A stretch of DNA of 45,037 nt from Candidatus Woesearchaeota archaeon (GCA_047603125.1 JBLKOU010000004.1:1-45037); one strand, 5' to 3'. Shown: positions 1-9,647, counted from the first letter of the stretch. Notes: a model not told the origin generated them from the letters alone. A program made the numbers and translations.

Positions 1-68
1 CGCTCGTTGACTTTAAATCAACATAAGTTAAAATTATATTTAAATTTTTTGAAATTTTTTTCCAATGG

Positions 69-265
69 GGGCTTCATTCAATACTTGTTTTTAAAAAAAG
101 AGCACGCAGATTTGGCTCAAGAGTCCCGCTTTGAGAATCGTGCGAAAATTTGCCTACAACTTTTCGGATTCTCATCCTCAAGTTTGAAAGAAGCTTTCAA
201 ACAATCACCAAATTTTCTGAATTTGCTGCAAGGTGCTTTTTTTCCTTATTTTTTGGATGGAGCCC
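69..265. repeat. Structured intergenic repeat, copy A (MITE-like, imperfect GGG...CCC terminal inverted repeats)
   Basis: Ends GGGCTTCATTCAATA...TTTTGGATGGAGCCC. Reverse-complement homologue of 34444-34598. Its 46-nt core (161-206) is the exact reverse complement of 33240-33285. Confidence 0.85.
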
Positions 266-307
266 AATAGGATTTTTATTTATAAATATTGAAAAATTTT
301 CAAAAAT

Positions 308-907
308 GTGGTCAAAAAGTATATGAAACGTAGTAGACTTTTTTCTAGTATGATACAATTGTCTGGCACGACTTCACAGCAAAACATTCGCTTGATGGGA
401 GATTTAATTGAACCCTTTATAGTGAAAAAAATTCAAAAAGAATATCATACGCATTTTGTTTTTCGATGTGCAGACTTTCGAAATTATCAATCTTTTTTAC
501 GAATAAACCAATTTGAGAGTACTTGTATACAAGCTTTCAATAATTTACTAGAAAAATACTGGTCTTGTATTGACATAATTTACGTTAAAGTTAAGAATAT
601 GCCTGCATTCACACCTACAAAAGAATATTTTGATTTAATAGAACAATTACGAGAACAAAAAAATGAAATTATTGATTTTGAAATTTATGAAGTCAAATTT
701 ACTTCGAACTCTCAGTTGAAACCCATTCTATCATCAAAATCATATGACTGTATTTTGACTTTTGAGAAGATGTGTAAAAAAATAAGAATTATTACTATTT
801 TGAGTACTGGTTTTTGTCGTTTACAAATTGAAGAAAAATCTTTTTCTCGAGAAGATTTCTTTATTAAAACACATTATGGTCGCTTGGAAAAATCACAGTA
901 TCGGTAG
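308..907 (+). CDS. Hypothetical protein, possible PD-(D/E)xK nuclease-like fold
   Basis: 199-aa ORF with an IDII...YEVK pattern resembling the D...ExK motif. Start codon uncertain. Confidence 0.45.
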   Translation: MVKKYMKRSRLFSSMIQLSGTTSQQNIRLMGDLIEPFIVKKIQKEYHTHFVFRCADFRNYQSFLRINQFESTCIQAFNNLLEKYWSCIDIIYVKVKNMPAFTPTKEYFDLIEQLREQKNEIIDFEIYEVKFTSNSQLKPILSSKSYDCILTFEKMCKKIRIITILSTGFCRLQIEEKSFSREDFFIKTHYGRLEKSQYR

Positions 908-998
908 TTTTGCTAGGTGCATCAGTAAGGTTCGCATGTAGTAGTTGCTCAATTCACAAGAAATCAGACCTCGGTTTCATCCGGAGGGGCTAGAAAAA

Positions 999-1071
999 TA
1001 GCCCCGCTCGGATTTGAACCGAGGTCGCCTGGACCAAAACCAGACATGATTGGCCGCTACACTACGGGGCT
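999..1071 (-). tRNA. tRNA-Gln (UUG)
   Basis: Reverse complement reads AGCCCCG...TCTGG-TT-TTG-GT-CCAGG...GGTTCAAATCC...CGGGGCT-A. Cloverleaf, no intron, no encoded CCA. Confidence 0.95.
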
Positions 1072-1096
1072 ATATCGTGATGAGACTTCCAGCGAC

Positions 1097-1104
1097 TTTA
1101 TAAA
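1097..1104. promoter_or_regulatory. TATA box TTTATAAA, probably shared by divergent tRNA-Gln and the aminopeptidase gene
   Basis: Palindromic TATA about 25 nt from both the tRNA 5' end (1071) and ATG 1127. Confidence 0.55.
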
Positions 1105-1126
1105 GATTTTCATTCATATATTTCCT

Positions 1127-2077
1127 ATGACATCCGTGGGAGCTGAGCAAATATTTGCAAAATGTCTTGATTGTCAAAATAAGACGGTTCTGATCATCTA
1201 CGACCAGTCCTCAAAGACGGTAAATGCACTTTTAAGCAATCTTGCTATCAAAGCTGGTGCAAAGAGTGTGCGAAGCCAGAATCTGCTCACTCGCCCTGCA
1301 AATATAGCAGACATTCAACTAGACAACGCTCAGATTGTCCTTTTTGTCGCTTCTAAATATCCTGGTGAGGTACCTTTGCGCCGTCAATTACGAGAAAAAG
1401 CAGACCAAGAAGGGTTTATTTTCGGGGCAATGCAAGGTATAAGCCTTCCCATATTAAGTGAACTTTGGGATCAAGAGCAATCGTGGAATGTTGCAAGGGA
1501 GGTTTTTCAACAAGTAAATATGGCAAAAACGATTACTATTCAAAGCCCTGGTGGAACACAATTAACTTGCGAACTTGCACATAAATGGGTGTGTGCGACA
1601 AGTGATTTACGAAAACACCCCCAGCAAAGCTATAATATCCCTGGAAGCGAAGTCTATACTTGCCCAAAAACAGTCAATGGTGTTGCAGTCATTGATGGAG
1701 TGCTTGGCGATCATTTTACATCATTTGGACAATTGCAAAAAACGCCCGTTCATATACATATCACGGATGGGCGGATAACAAAACTTACTTGTGAGAACGC
1801 AAAGTTACAACAAGAACTCGAACAATATATCAAAACAGACGAGCATGCAAATCGAATTGGTGAGCTGGGAATTGGCTGCGCTGTTGGGATGAAACGCTTG
1901 TATACAAACATGCTCGCAGATGAAAAGTTTCCGGGCTGTCATATTGCATTTGGAAATCCCTATGGTGCAAAAACCGGAGCGAACTGGTCAAGTAGCGTTC
2001 ATTGCGATGGGATTATTCTTAATCCAACGATATTTGTAGATGGTGTCAAACTTGATATTGAATCACTGGGAAAATGA
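1127..2077 (+). CDS. Aminopeptidase, M29 (thermophilic metalloprotease / AmpS-like) family
   Basis: Motifs NIPGSEVYTCP, RIGELGIG, DEKFPGCHIAFG, SVHCD. Start moved to ATG 1127 because the ORF-track start lies inside the tRNA. Confidence 0.9.
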   Translation: MTSVGAEQIFAKCLDCQNKTVLIIYDQSSKTVNALLSNLAIKAGAKSVRSQNLLTRPANIADIQLDNAQIVLFVASKYPGEVPLRRQLREKADQEGFIFGAMQGISLPILSELWDQEQSWNVAREVFQQVNMAKTITIQSPGGTQLTCELAHKWVCATSDLRKHPQQSYNIPGSEVYTCPKTVNGVAVIDGVLGDHFTSFGQLQKTPVHIHITDGRITKLTCENAKLQQELEQYIKTDEHANRIGELGIGCAVGMKRLYTNMLADEKFPGCHIAFGNPYGAKTGANWSSSVHCDGIILNPTIFVDGVKLDIESLGK

Positions 2078-2872
2078 TTCGAGCATTTCTTCTTCCGTAA
2101 AATGAAGTTTTGCTGGCACAACTAAACTATGAAGTGGTTTTTGAAAATCTTTTTTGAGAATATTCTCACAGGTGTCATAGACAATTTGCTGATCAGTTGC
2201 ACCTAGTCGTGCAATGGCAACAATTTTTGTTTGTGGTGTGAGAATGTTTTGTTTCTTTTTTTCTTCTAATTCGAATAATTGCGTGATTGCTTGATTAACA
2301 GTCATAAAGCGAGGTGGCTGCGGTGTATAGTCTTCTTTTTGCAATTGTTCTCGTGTTGGTTCACTTACTTTAATATCGAGGAGTACCAATGTATGAAGAT
2401 TCTGCTCAAGATTTTGTGCAATCGTATCATAAGCAGATTCAGGCCGCCAATTTGCATCAAAAAAAACAAGGGATGGTGTTTTTCCAAATCGATAGAGCAT
2501 GAGTCCCGTGTTTGCAATTGCACTAAAGACGGATGCATTATTGATAATCTGTGTTTGGATATTTTTTTCTTTTGCGCGTAAATATAAATCACTATGCGTT
2601 GTTGCACAAAAGACATCTCCTGCAACTAAAAAAACAACACTTTTTTCTTGTGCGTCTTTGAGAATAGTTTCTTCTGCTTGTTGTTCAACAAGTGTTCTGG
2701 GTGCAAGATGAATTTTTTTCTTATAATAAGCTTCTAATTCTTCTATACTATTGTGCATAATTGAGGTATAGTATTCTAAGTATACAACATCGGCATTTTG
2801 AATTGCTTGCAAGCCTTTGACCGTTATATCTGTTTTATCAAAAAGTCCAAGGCCAATAAAGGTGAGTGTCAT
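2063..2872 (-). CDS. dph5: Diphthine synthase
   Basis: Motifs LTFIGLGL, YLEYYTS, GDVFCATTH, YRFGKT, LHTLVLLDI, PLHSLVVP. Confidence 0.95.
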   Translation of the reverse strand: MTLTFIGLGLFDKTDITVKGLQAIQNADVVYLEYYTSIMHNSIEELEAYYKKKIHLAPRTLVEQQAEETILKDAQEKSVVFLVAGDVFCATTHSDLYLRAKEKNIQTQIINNASVFSAIANTGLMLYRFGKTPSLVFFDANWRPESAYDTIAQNLEQNLHTLVLLDIKVSEPTREQLQKEDYTPQPPRFMTVNQAITQLFELEEKKKQNILTPQTKIVAIARLGATDQQIVYDTCENILKKDFQKPLHSLVVPAKLHFTEEEMLESFSQ

Positions 2873-2916
2873 AAAAACAAGAAAAAAACCCGAAGTTAAA
2901 AATGTATGGGTTTATT

Positions 2917-2963
2917 GGCTTTATCTAAAAATAAGGAAGAAGAGAACCTTGCAATAAAATTAG
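2917..2963 (+). repeat. Partial (left-arm) copy of the structured repeat
   Basis: GGCTTTATCTAAAAATAAGGAAGAAGAGAACCTTGCAATAAAATTAG resembles the start of copy D at 34444-34492. Confidence 0.6.
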
Positions 2964-2966
2964 ATG

Positions 2967-3150
2967 ATATAGTTAGCGACAAACGTTTGCGATAATACGG
3001 CGAATATAAGACAGCTGTCTATTTGCCAAAAATGGGCTGCATATTTTCGGATTTTCATCCTCAAGTTTGAAAGAGGCTTTCAAACAATCGCCCATTTTTG
3101 TGATTTTACGCCAAGGTATTATCGCTTTTTAATGTCGTAGGCTAACATAT
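2967..3150. repeat. Structured intergenic repeat, copy B
   Basis: Core 3044-3089 matches 161-206 at 44/46. Nested perfect inverted repeats at 3027-3037/3090-3100 and 2989-2998/3116-3125. Confidence 0.85.
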
Positions 3151-3190
3151 CCGAAGGCTTAAAAATACAGATAAAATCCCACCCCTACTT

Positions 3191-3784
3191 ATGAGAATAA
3201 AACCAGTTGTCAATTTACACGCGGGTCTTCGTTTTTGTGAAAATGGACAAGAAACGTTACCTGAACAAGAACTTCGCCAACAACTCGCCCCGGCTCTGTG
3301 TCGGGCGCATGTACGAACAGACGGGTCTGTTTATGAGGAATATTCTCCAGGCTATCAAAGAATTATTGGGGACTTTTGTATAAGGCAAACAGATTCTGGC
3401 TTTGTTAAGGAATTTGTTCTTTCTTCAGAACATTCTAGACAAACAAAACCTTTGTGCCCTTTTTATTTTGATGAGAATCACGCAATCAGACTTGATGATG
3501 AGCAGTCAACTATTTTTGAAGATGCCCATCCACTACTTGACTTACCGACATTTTACAAAAAACACGGTGTTTCTAATAAGCGCGGTATTATTCGAAGAAG
3601 ACCAAACATTGAAGGAAAAGTAGAATTTCTGAGTCGATATTTGCAAAGATATCTTGAATCAGACGTCTGGGATGGCTTACCTCGAAACTCGCCAACAAAA
3701 CATTTAGCACAACTCGAACAACTGTATGAATTTTATACAAAAGACAGTTTTATTTCTCAAGTTCGCCAACAGTTTTATGGTTGA
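3191..3784 (+). CDS. Hypothetical protein
   Basis: 197-aa ORF with an ATG start downstream of an AT-rich promoter-like stretch. No recognised motif. Confidence 0.65.
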   Translation: MRIKPVVNLHAGLRFCENGQETLPEQELRQQLAPALCRAHVRTDGSVYEEYSPGYQRIIGDFCIRQTDSGFVKEFVLSSEHSRQTKPLCPFYFDENHAIRLDDEQSTIFEDAHPLLDLPTFYKKHGVSNKRGIIRRRPNIEGKVEFLSRYLQRYLESDVWDGLPRNSPTKHLAQLEQLYEFYTKDSFISQVRQQFYG

Positions 3785-3787
3785 ATA

Positions 3788-4087
3788 TTAATGGAATTTG
3801 GAAAGCACATAAATCCCTAGGCTGATGGGAAGCGCAATTGCAAGCTCGTAGGAATGTGTTGGCGTGAACTGATATCCTGGTGGTGTAGGAAGACGAGGTT
3901 CAACCAATGTTCTTGTCTGAATTGGCATAATTCTGGATTGTTTTTCTCTTTGTAAAGATGCAAGTATCTCGGGTGAGACGTTTGTATCTGCCTCAACTAA
4001 AGCACTAATATCGCTTGTTGTTCGGGAATTGTTAAAAGAAAAAGTTTGTTGTTTTCTTCGTAAATCTCTTGCATAAGTATTTTTCAT
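3788..4087 (-). CDS. Hypothetical protein with C-terminal hydrophobic anchor
   Basis: 99 aa; C-terminal LAIALPISLGIYVL. Confidence 0.55.
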   Translation of the reverse strand: MKNTYARDLRRKQQTFSFNNSRTTSDISALVEADTNVSPEILASLQREKQSRIMPIQTRTLVEPRLPTPPGYQFTPTHSYELAIALPISLGIYVLSKFH

Positions 4088-4155
4088 GATACCTTGTTTT
4101 TAAGACTGTCCGGTATTTAAGCTTTACTCGAAAAAATAAGAAAAAGAAGAAAAAA

Positions 4156-4353
4156 TTAAAATTTTTTGAACCGAGCAACTTCGTCAATGAGCTCAACATG
4201 TCCTAAAAATAATGATCGAGAGGCGTAATTTGTTACACCTAAATCATCAAGTACTTTTTCAGGATCTTCGCCCTTTTTGACTCGCTCATCATACTCTTCC
4301 CACAAATGACCTATCGGCTCACCCGTGGAATAGCAACGTATGGGAAACATCAT
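4156..4353 (-). CDS. rpoN: DNA-directed RNA polymerase subunit N (Rpo10)
   Basis: MMFPIRCYSTGEPIG...VLDDLGV..YASR; canonical position after rps9. Confidence 0.93.
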   Translation of the reverse strand: MMFPIRCYSTGEPIGHLWEEYDERVKKGEDPEKVLDDLGVTNYASRSLFLGHVELIDEVARFKKF

Positions 4354-4751
4354 CGGTACGATTTTTGTCGCGTAGCTCTCGCTTTACCTAAGTGATTAGG
4401 CTTAGAAGTTTCTTTTCTTCTAATATCTGCGACCAAGATTTGACGATCATATTCTAAAAGCTGCGCTCGTAATTGCTCATCTTTTGTATAGTCGACAATT
4501 GCTCTTCCAATTGCGTTTCTAATTGCATCAGCTTGGCCAGTTATGCCGCCGCCTTGCACACGAATGGAAATATTGATTTTCTTTCGAAGATCCCCTGCAA
4601 TAATGAGTGGCTCTTCAATTTTTAATCGAAGCAATTTAGGTTGGTATTGTTCAAGTGGAACTGAATTAATTTTAATAACACCTGTTCCTTTTGTTACAGT
4701 CGCGCGAGCAATAGCTTGCTTTCGTCGACCGCTTTGATTTACTATACTCAT
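4350..4751 (-). CDS. rps9: 30S ribosomal protein S9
   Basis: GRRKQAIARA, GGGITGQADAIR, C-terminal QKSYR. Confidence 0.97.
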   Translation of the reverse strand: MSIVNQSGRRKQAIARATVTKGTGVIKINSVPLEQYQPKLLRLKIEEPLIIAGDLRKKINISIRVQGGGITGQADAIRNAIGRAIVDYTKDEQLRAQLLEYDRQILVADIRRKETSKPNHLGKARATRQKSYR

Positions 4752-5164
4752 TGTCTTCCTCCAAGTCGTTTTGATATTGTCTCAATTGTTACATACTTAA
4801 ACACTGGAAGCTTTGAAATGTTTGCATCATCATATGAAACCGTTTCCTTTCCTGCAAATTGCTGCGGAACGCCAATATGACATTTAATTCTTGCAAATGC
4901 ATCTTTTCCTTTTGATTGCTTATATGGTAACATTCCTCGAATCATTCTTTTTACTAAAAGATGTGGTCTTCTTGGAAAATATGGACCTTTGAGTGGTGTT
5001 CCTCGATGGTATCGTGCAAGCATTTTTTCTTCAACCTGTGTAGGTGTTCCAGAAATCACTGCTTTTTCACAATTAATAACATCGACAGTCTCACCATTAA
5101 GTGCTGCCTTTGCAACTTTGGTTGCAAATCGTCCAACTAATAAATCTGTTGCGTCAATAATCAT
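4748..5164 (-). CDS. rpl13: 50S ribosomal protein L13
   Basis: IIDATDLLVGR, GPYFPRRP, RGMLPYK. Confidence 0.97.
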   Translation of the reverse strand: MIIDATDLLVGRFATKVAKAALNGETVDVINCEKAVISGTPTQVEEKMLARYHRGTPLKGPYFPRRPHLLVKRMIRGMLPYKQSKGKDAFARIKCHIGVPQQFAGKETVSYDDANISKLPVFKYVTIETISKRLGGRQ

Positions 5165-5168
5165 TTTT

Positions 5169-5510
5169 TCACCCGATAATACGTAGTTTAGACCCCTTCG
5201 GGTTTGCTTTTATCTCGGATTCAATTGTTGTTATTGATCCGCCTGCGTTGACGATTTTTTGTTCTGCTGCGCTACTATATTGGTATGCAACAACATGTAC
5301 TGGCTCACTAAGGACTCCGGAAGCAAGAACTTTTCCAGGAACAAGCATTTTTTCGCCAGACTTTGCATACATAGCTAATTTTGATATGTTTACATTGCGT
5401 CGCTGGCGCGTAGGTTTGTTCAAATCACTTGCGACACGTTTCCAAATAGGTGCCTGTACACGTTCTAATCGAATAATTAGTGTTTTTAACACATCGTTCT
5501 TTCGAATCAT
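5169..5510 (-). CDS. rpl18e: 50S ribosomal protein L18e
   Basis: IWKRVA, VNISKL, VPGKVLASG. Confidence 0.95.
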   Translation of the reverse strand: MIRKNDVLKTLIIRLERVQAPIWKRVASDLNKPTRQRRNVNISKLAMYAKSGEKMLVPGKVLASGVLSEPVHVVAYQYSSAAEQKIVNAGGSITTIESEIKANPKGSKLRIIG

Positions 5511-6259
5511 TTAAGTTCACCTGATAGTTTTTCTAATTGTTTATTCATTTGTGTAAGAGCTTCTTGAATCATTACATCAACACTGAGCTGACCCCATGAC
5601 TCAACAACAAAAATAAAATCTGTTTTACTATATGTTATTTTTGCATTGTCTTTTACACCTAAATCGAGATTGAGTTTTCCATCTCTTTTGACAAATACTT
5701 CTTTTGATTTTGCATCCACAATATCTTTTGGAAGTACTTGAACTTTCTTTGAGCCACTTTCAATAGTTGGCAATTGTTGATAATATGCATTTCCTGGAGA
5801 CCACTTAATGTGTTCTTTTCCCCGTCCAACAATTGCAGTAGCTTCTAATTTGATTTTTTGATCTTTGAGTAATTTCACAATAGGCATTTTTTCAAATGCA
5901 CAAATTACTGCTGGATCTTTTGCCTTTAATTGTGAGGCATAGACAAGACCGGGACCTTGCGCTTCAAGAGAAATTTTTACAAAACTTTCTGCACGAAGCT
6001 CACCATCTTCTGGAAATTCTTCAGGATGTTTGTAAACCTGTAAATCCGTAACTAATGGTAATAATCCAAGGCGATGTGCGACAACTTCATCATAGACTGC
6101 ACTTGTGTTCTCGTAAATTTCCACATCTTCAATAGCAAGCGTTGGAACAAGACTCATAATGGATCGTCGAAGTGCATTAACATATGCTGGTGTTGTATCG
6201 CTAAGAATACACGCCATTTTTCTCTTATCTTTTGAATAGGCAACTTGTGTTATTTTCAT
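5507..6259 (-). CDS. rpoD: DNA-directed RNA polymerase subunit D (Rpo3)
   Basis: [43 protein letters not shown]. Confidence 0.96.
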   Translation of the reverse strand: MKITQVAYSKDKRKMACILSDTTPAYVNALRRSIMSLVPTLAIEDVEIYENTSAVYDEVVAHRLGLLPLVTDLQVYKHPEEFPEDGELRAESFVKISLEAQGPGLVYASQLKAKDPAVICAFEKMPIVKLLKDQKIKLEATAIVGRGKEHIKWSPGNAYYQQLPTIESGSKKVQVLPKDIVDAKSKEVFVKRDGKLNLDLGVKDNAKITYSKTDFIFVVESWGQLSVDVMIQEALTQMNKQLEKLSGELK

Positions 6260-6666
6260 ACTCGTCGTCCTCGCTTACCGCCTTTTTTCCGGCATGAATC
6301 GTGTGGGAGTGGTGTGACATCTTCGATGATACCAACTTTTAATCCCATACGCGACAGTGCACGAACAGCAGCTTGCGCTCCAGGACCAGGTGAGTTAGGA
6401 CCATTATGTCCTCCAGGTGCTTTAATCTTTACATGAATAGATGTAATTCCACGCTCCATTGCAAGTTCAGCAGCTTTTTTTGCAGCAGCCATTGCAGCAG
6501 TTGGAGAGGACTCCATTCTATGTGATTTTACAACTTGACCGCCAGAAGCAAGTGCAAGTGTTTCAGAGCCAGTAATGTCGGTAATATGAATCACTGTATT
6601 ATTATATGAGGCATAGATATGACAGATACCCCAACGAGTTGTTATTTTCTTTTTTGCGTCACTCAT
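6256..6666 (-). CDS. rps11: 30S ribosomal protein S11
   Basis: [38 protein letters not shown]. Confidence 0.98.
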   Translation of the reverse strand: MSDAKKKITTRWGICHIYASYNNTVIHITDITGSETLALASGGQVVKSHRMESSPTAAMAAAKKAAELAMERGITSIHVKIKAPGGHNGPNSPGPGAQAAVRALSRMGLKVGIIEDVTPLPHDSCRKKGGKRGRRV

Positions 6667-7289
6667 GCTTGCACCTCTTTTGGTTCTTCTTCATCTTCAA
6701 TAGGAAGTTCAATTTCTTCATCAGCTTGTTCTTCTTGCTTTTTCTCTTCAGCCTTTGTTTTTGGCTTTTCAACCACAGGTGTCGAGCGCTCAGGGTGAGC
6801 TTCGTCTGCAAGTGTTGATCGTCCAACAAATGAGAGTGCATTTTCTTCATCAACACTCACCATGTAACTTGGCGCATCAATGACACGACCATTCACGGCA
6901 ATGTGTTGGTGTGTAATAAATTGTCGTGCTTGTTTCATTGATCGTGCGAGCTTTTTTCGAAAGACGATTGTTTGTAATCGACGTTCTAATACATCAACAA
7001 CTTTTAAATTAAGAATTGCAGATAATTGTTTTTCAGGACTTAAAAGACCATATCGTTTTGCCTTTTCAAAAATTTGCTGCTGCTCTTTTGTTGCTTGTTC
7101 AGTTGTTTGATAGTTGAGCTGTTTATAGTGCACAATGAGTTTTTCTAAAAATGTATTATGTTTGTGAATTTCTTTTTTATTTTTTAGACCGTACTCACGA
7201 GAAAGTGTTTTTTCTTGTTCAATTCGAGCCTTTTGCCAAGGATGCATCGGCGTTGAATATTTTTTCTTTGGTTTTTTTGGATCTCCCAT
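6663..7289 (-). CDS. rps4: 30S ribosomal protein S4 with acidic C-terminal tail
   Basis: [29 protein letters not shown]. Confidence 0.97.
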   Translation of the reverse strand: MGDPKKPKKKYSTPMHPWQKARIEQEKTLSREYGLKNKKEIHKHNTFLEKLIVHYKQLNYQTTEQATKEQQQIFEKAKRYGLLSPEKQLSAILNLKVVDVLERRLQTIVFRKKLARSMKQARQFITHQHIAVNGRVIDAPSYMVSVDEENALSFVGRSTLADEAHPERSTPVVEKPKTKAEEKKQEEQADEEIELPIEDEEEPKEVQA

Positions 7290-7299
7290 TTTCTTTCAC

Positions 7300-7758
7300 C
7301 TATGCTTTCTTTCCTCGCTTTGCAGCATTTGCTTTTTTCGCTTTCGTTCGTCTATGGTTTGAACTTGTTCGTTGACCACGAACTGTTAATCCCCATGCGT
7401 GGCGCATACCTTTGTATGATTTGACTTGTTTTTCACGCTTGACATCATTTTCTTGCGTAAATGTTAAGTCTCCGCCTAATAGATGTACATCTTGACCAGT
7501 TTCATAGTCTTTTTGACGATTAAACATCCATGTTGGAAAGCCTTTTGGCTGTAAGATTAATTCACTCATTGCTTGTACTTTTGGCTCTTCAAGTAAACCG
7601 AGTTTTTGCACTCTATCAACACCAGTTTTTACACAAACTGCGTTTGCAAACGATTTACTGACACCTTTAATTTTACAAAGGGCAACAAGTGTAGGTTTTG
7701 TTCCGTCTAAGTCGGTATTTGCTACACGTACAATGTATTTTATTTTTTGTTCTGCCAT
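7300..7758 (-). CDS. rps13: 30S ribosomal protein S13
   Basis: IVRVANTDLDG, WMFNRQKD, YKGMRH..GLTVRGQRT. ATG 7758 is preceded by the SD-like AAGGTG. Confidence 0.97.
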   Translation of the reverse strand: MAEQKIKYIVRVANTDLDGTKPTLVALCKIKGVSKSFANAVCVKTGVDRVQKLGLLEEPKVQAMSELILQPKGFPTWMFNRQKDYETGQDVHLLGGDLTFTQENDVKREKQVKSYKGMRHAWGLTVRGQRTSSNHRRTKAKKANAAKRGKKA

Positions 7759-8004
7759 TATTGACACCTTTTTTATCGTATAACAGAGTAAGAAGACAGC
7801 ATTATTGCCTCTCACAATGTCACAGGTCGAAAAATTTCTTTTTCAGTTTGTCCCCGCGATTATATGTTCAAAATGCCTTAACATTTCGACATTGTGGGTT
7901 CTAGAATGGAGGATTCGGGGTTGGTTTATAAATGTTTTGGCCTTTGCTTTTATAAAGGGGTGTGGGGTAAGTTACGGATGTTGATTGCAACTCCACGACT
8001 CTTC

Positions 8005-8190
8005 TTAATACAACGCTGCGCCAACAAAAGCAAAAAACAGTGCGAAAATAAAAAAGAGCAAGAAAATCGGAATCGATATAAGTAATCCTGCAACCACTGA
8101 ATATCCGTAAACAGCAAACGCGCGTTTGAGAAAATAATCTGAATTAAGCCAACCCTTGTAGCTATATGTATCTTTTTTTGACTTTGTCAT
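8005..8190 (-). CDS. Small membrane protein
   Basis: 61 aa; YKGWLNSDYFLKRAFAVYGY followed by a long hydrophobic stretch. Confidence 0.65.
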   Translation of the reverse strand: MTKSKKDTYSYKGWLNSDYFLKRAFAVYGYSVVAGLLISIPIFLLFFIFALFFAFVGAALY

Positions 8191-8328
8191 AGCAGTATGT
8201 GTGTTGTTGGTATTTATGTAGTTTTCTTTTTTTGTGCTGTGTTGGATAAATCAATAAAATAAAGAAGACATATTACTTATATTATATACGTAAAATTTAA
8301 ATAATAGGTAGTGGTTTCTTAGAGTACT

Positions 8329-8589
8329 ATGGATAGAACACTCGTTGCATATTCGTTAAGTGGTCATAAAAACGCTCTCGAACTTACTCGAAAAATTTAT
8401 GGATATACGGATAGTTCCAATCATGGCAAATATGTCTATGAACGAAAAGGCATACTCTCAGACATACCCTTTGAAAAAATTGCACGCGGCGCATTTTTTA
8501 TTGACCCAAAATATAAAAAAGAAGTAGTTGCAAAATTCCAAGAACTTGGTTTACAAATCAAAGTATTTGATATCAAAATCAAAAATTAA
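8329..8589 (+). CDS. Small hypothetical protein (possibly Cas2/VapD-like ferredoxin fold)
   Basis: 86 aa; TTTAAATA upstream. The fold is guessed from the beta-alpha pattern only. Confidence 0.6.
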   Translation: MDRTLVAYSLSGHKNALELTRKIYGYTDSSNHGKYVYERKGILSDIPFEKIARGAFFIDPKYKKEVVAKFQELGLQIKVFDIKIKN

Positions 8590-8624
8590 TCAACTGGTAC
8601 ATCTTTTTTTGTTTCTTCATTTCT

Positions 8625-9557
8625 TTACAAAAATAAAGTCGCAAGTGTAAACAAAATAAAGCCTGCAAATAGCACCCACCCTTCCCAGGTATCCAGTCGT
8701 TTTTCAGTGAACATGAATAAAAACATACATATTGTTAGCACAACTAACACAGGAATCGCAAAAAATAAGACATGCGTTGTTAATATAATTGGACTTATCA
8801 AAGCTGGAATGCCAAAGACAAGTAATATATTAAACATATTCGACCCGAGTACATTGCCGACAATAAGCGTATACTGATTTTTTTTCAAAGCAGACAAGGC
8901 AACAGAGAGTTCTGGAAGCGACGTACTTATAGCAATAACAGTCAAGCCAATAATGGAGGCATCAGCAAAAACTGCAATTGTCAAGACAAGTTCATTTACA
9001 CTATATACTGCAACTTCTGAGCTTGCATATAATCCAATACTGCCAAGTATGATAAGTCCGTATGTTTTGAGTGTGACGGATTTTGTTTCTTGCTTTGGTG
9101 TAGCTTGCTGTGTTTGTAAAAGATAGTACGTGACTCCTATAAATAAGACAAGAAAAAGAAATGCATTTATTCGTGTGATTACTCCATTTGCGCTCATAAC
9201 TACGAGAAAAAGAAAAATAATTCCGGCAAGTGCGCTTTGTTGATATAAATCGCGTCGTTTAATAGTAAATTGCTTTGCAAAGATAATAGCGATTCCTAAT
9301 ACAAGTCCGATGTTTGCGATATTTGAACCAATGACATTCCCGCCAACAAGCTCAGATGTATCTCGAAGTACCGCAATTATGGCCAAGAACAGTTCAGGAA
9401 GTGATGTTCCTAAAGAGATCAGAAAAAAACCAATGATAAATGGTGAAATTCCGTATGCGAGGCCGACGTGTACGCTGTTTTGAACAAACATATCTGCAAA
9501 ATACAGAAGAAAAAAAAGAGAAATCACTAAGAGCACAAGAAAGCCAATTTCAATCAT
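8625..9557 (-). CDS. Na+/Ca2+ antiporter (CaCA / YrbG family)
   Basis: Two alpha repeats GTSLPE...GSNIAN and TSLPE...GSNMFN. Start moved to ATG 9557 (MIEIGF). Confidence 0.93.
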   Translation of the reverse strand: MIEIGFLVLLVISLFFLLYFADMFVQNSVHVGLAYGISPFIIGFFLISLGTSLPELFLAIIAVLRDTSELVGGNVIGSNIANIGLVLGIAIIFAKQFTIKRRDLYQQSALAGIIFLFLVVMSANGVITRINAFLFLVLFIGVTYYLLQTQQATPKQETKSVTLKTYGLIILGSIGLYASSEVAVYSVNELVLTIAVFADASIIGLTVIAISTSLPELSVALSALKKNQYTLIVGNVLGSNMFNILLVFGIPALISPIILTTHVLFFAIPVLVVLTICMFLFMFTEKRLDTWEGWVLFAGFILFTLATLFL

Positions 9558-9647
9558 GTATGAACTTACGCAATGATGATTTAAAAAGTAGTAGTTGTGT
9601 TTTTTATTTGAAGAAAATTTAAAAATAAAGCCCCATTCCTCCAAAAT

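Noticed and set aside
161..206. Palindromic GTTTGAAAG..CTTTCAAAC as a CRISPR repeat
   Set aside because: Copies are dispersed, not tandem with regular spacers, and no cas operon is present.
7..270. ORFs 7-270, 33210-33401 and 34515-34760 sharing peptide similarity (e.g. KKEHAD.AQESRFE in the first and last)
   Set aside because: These are translations of the repeat element and the SRP RNA, not genes.
1046..1126. Extended ORF-track starts (1046, 7815, 9740, 14028, 22609, 31545, 40929)
   Set aside because: They overlap a tRNA, promoters or neighbouring genes. Downstream ATGs fit homology, SD or TATA spacing better.
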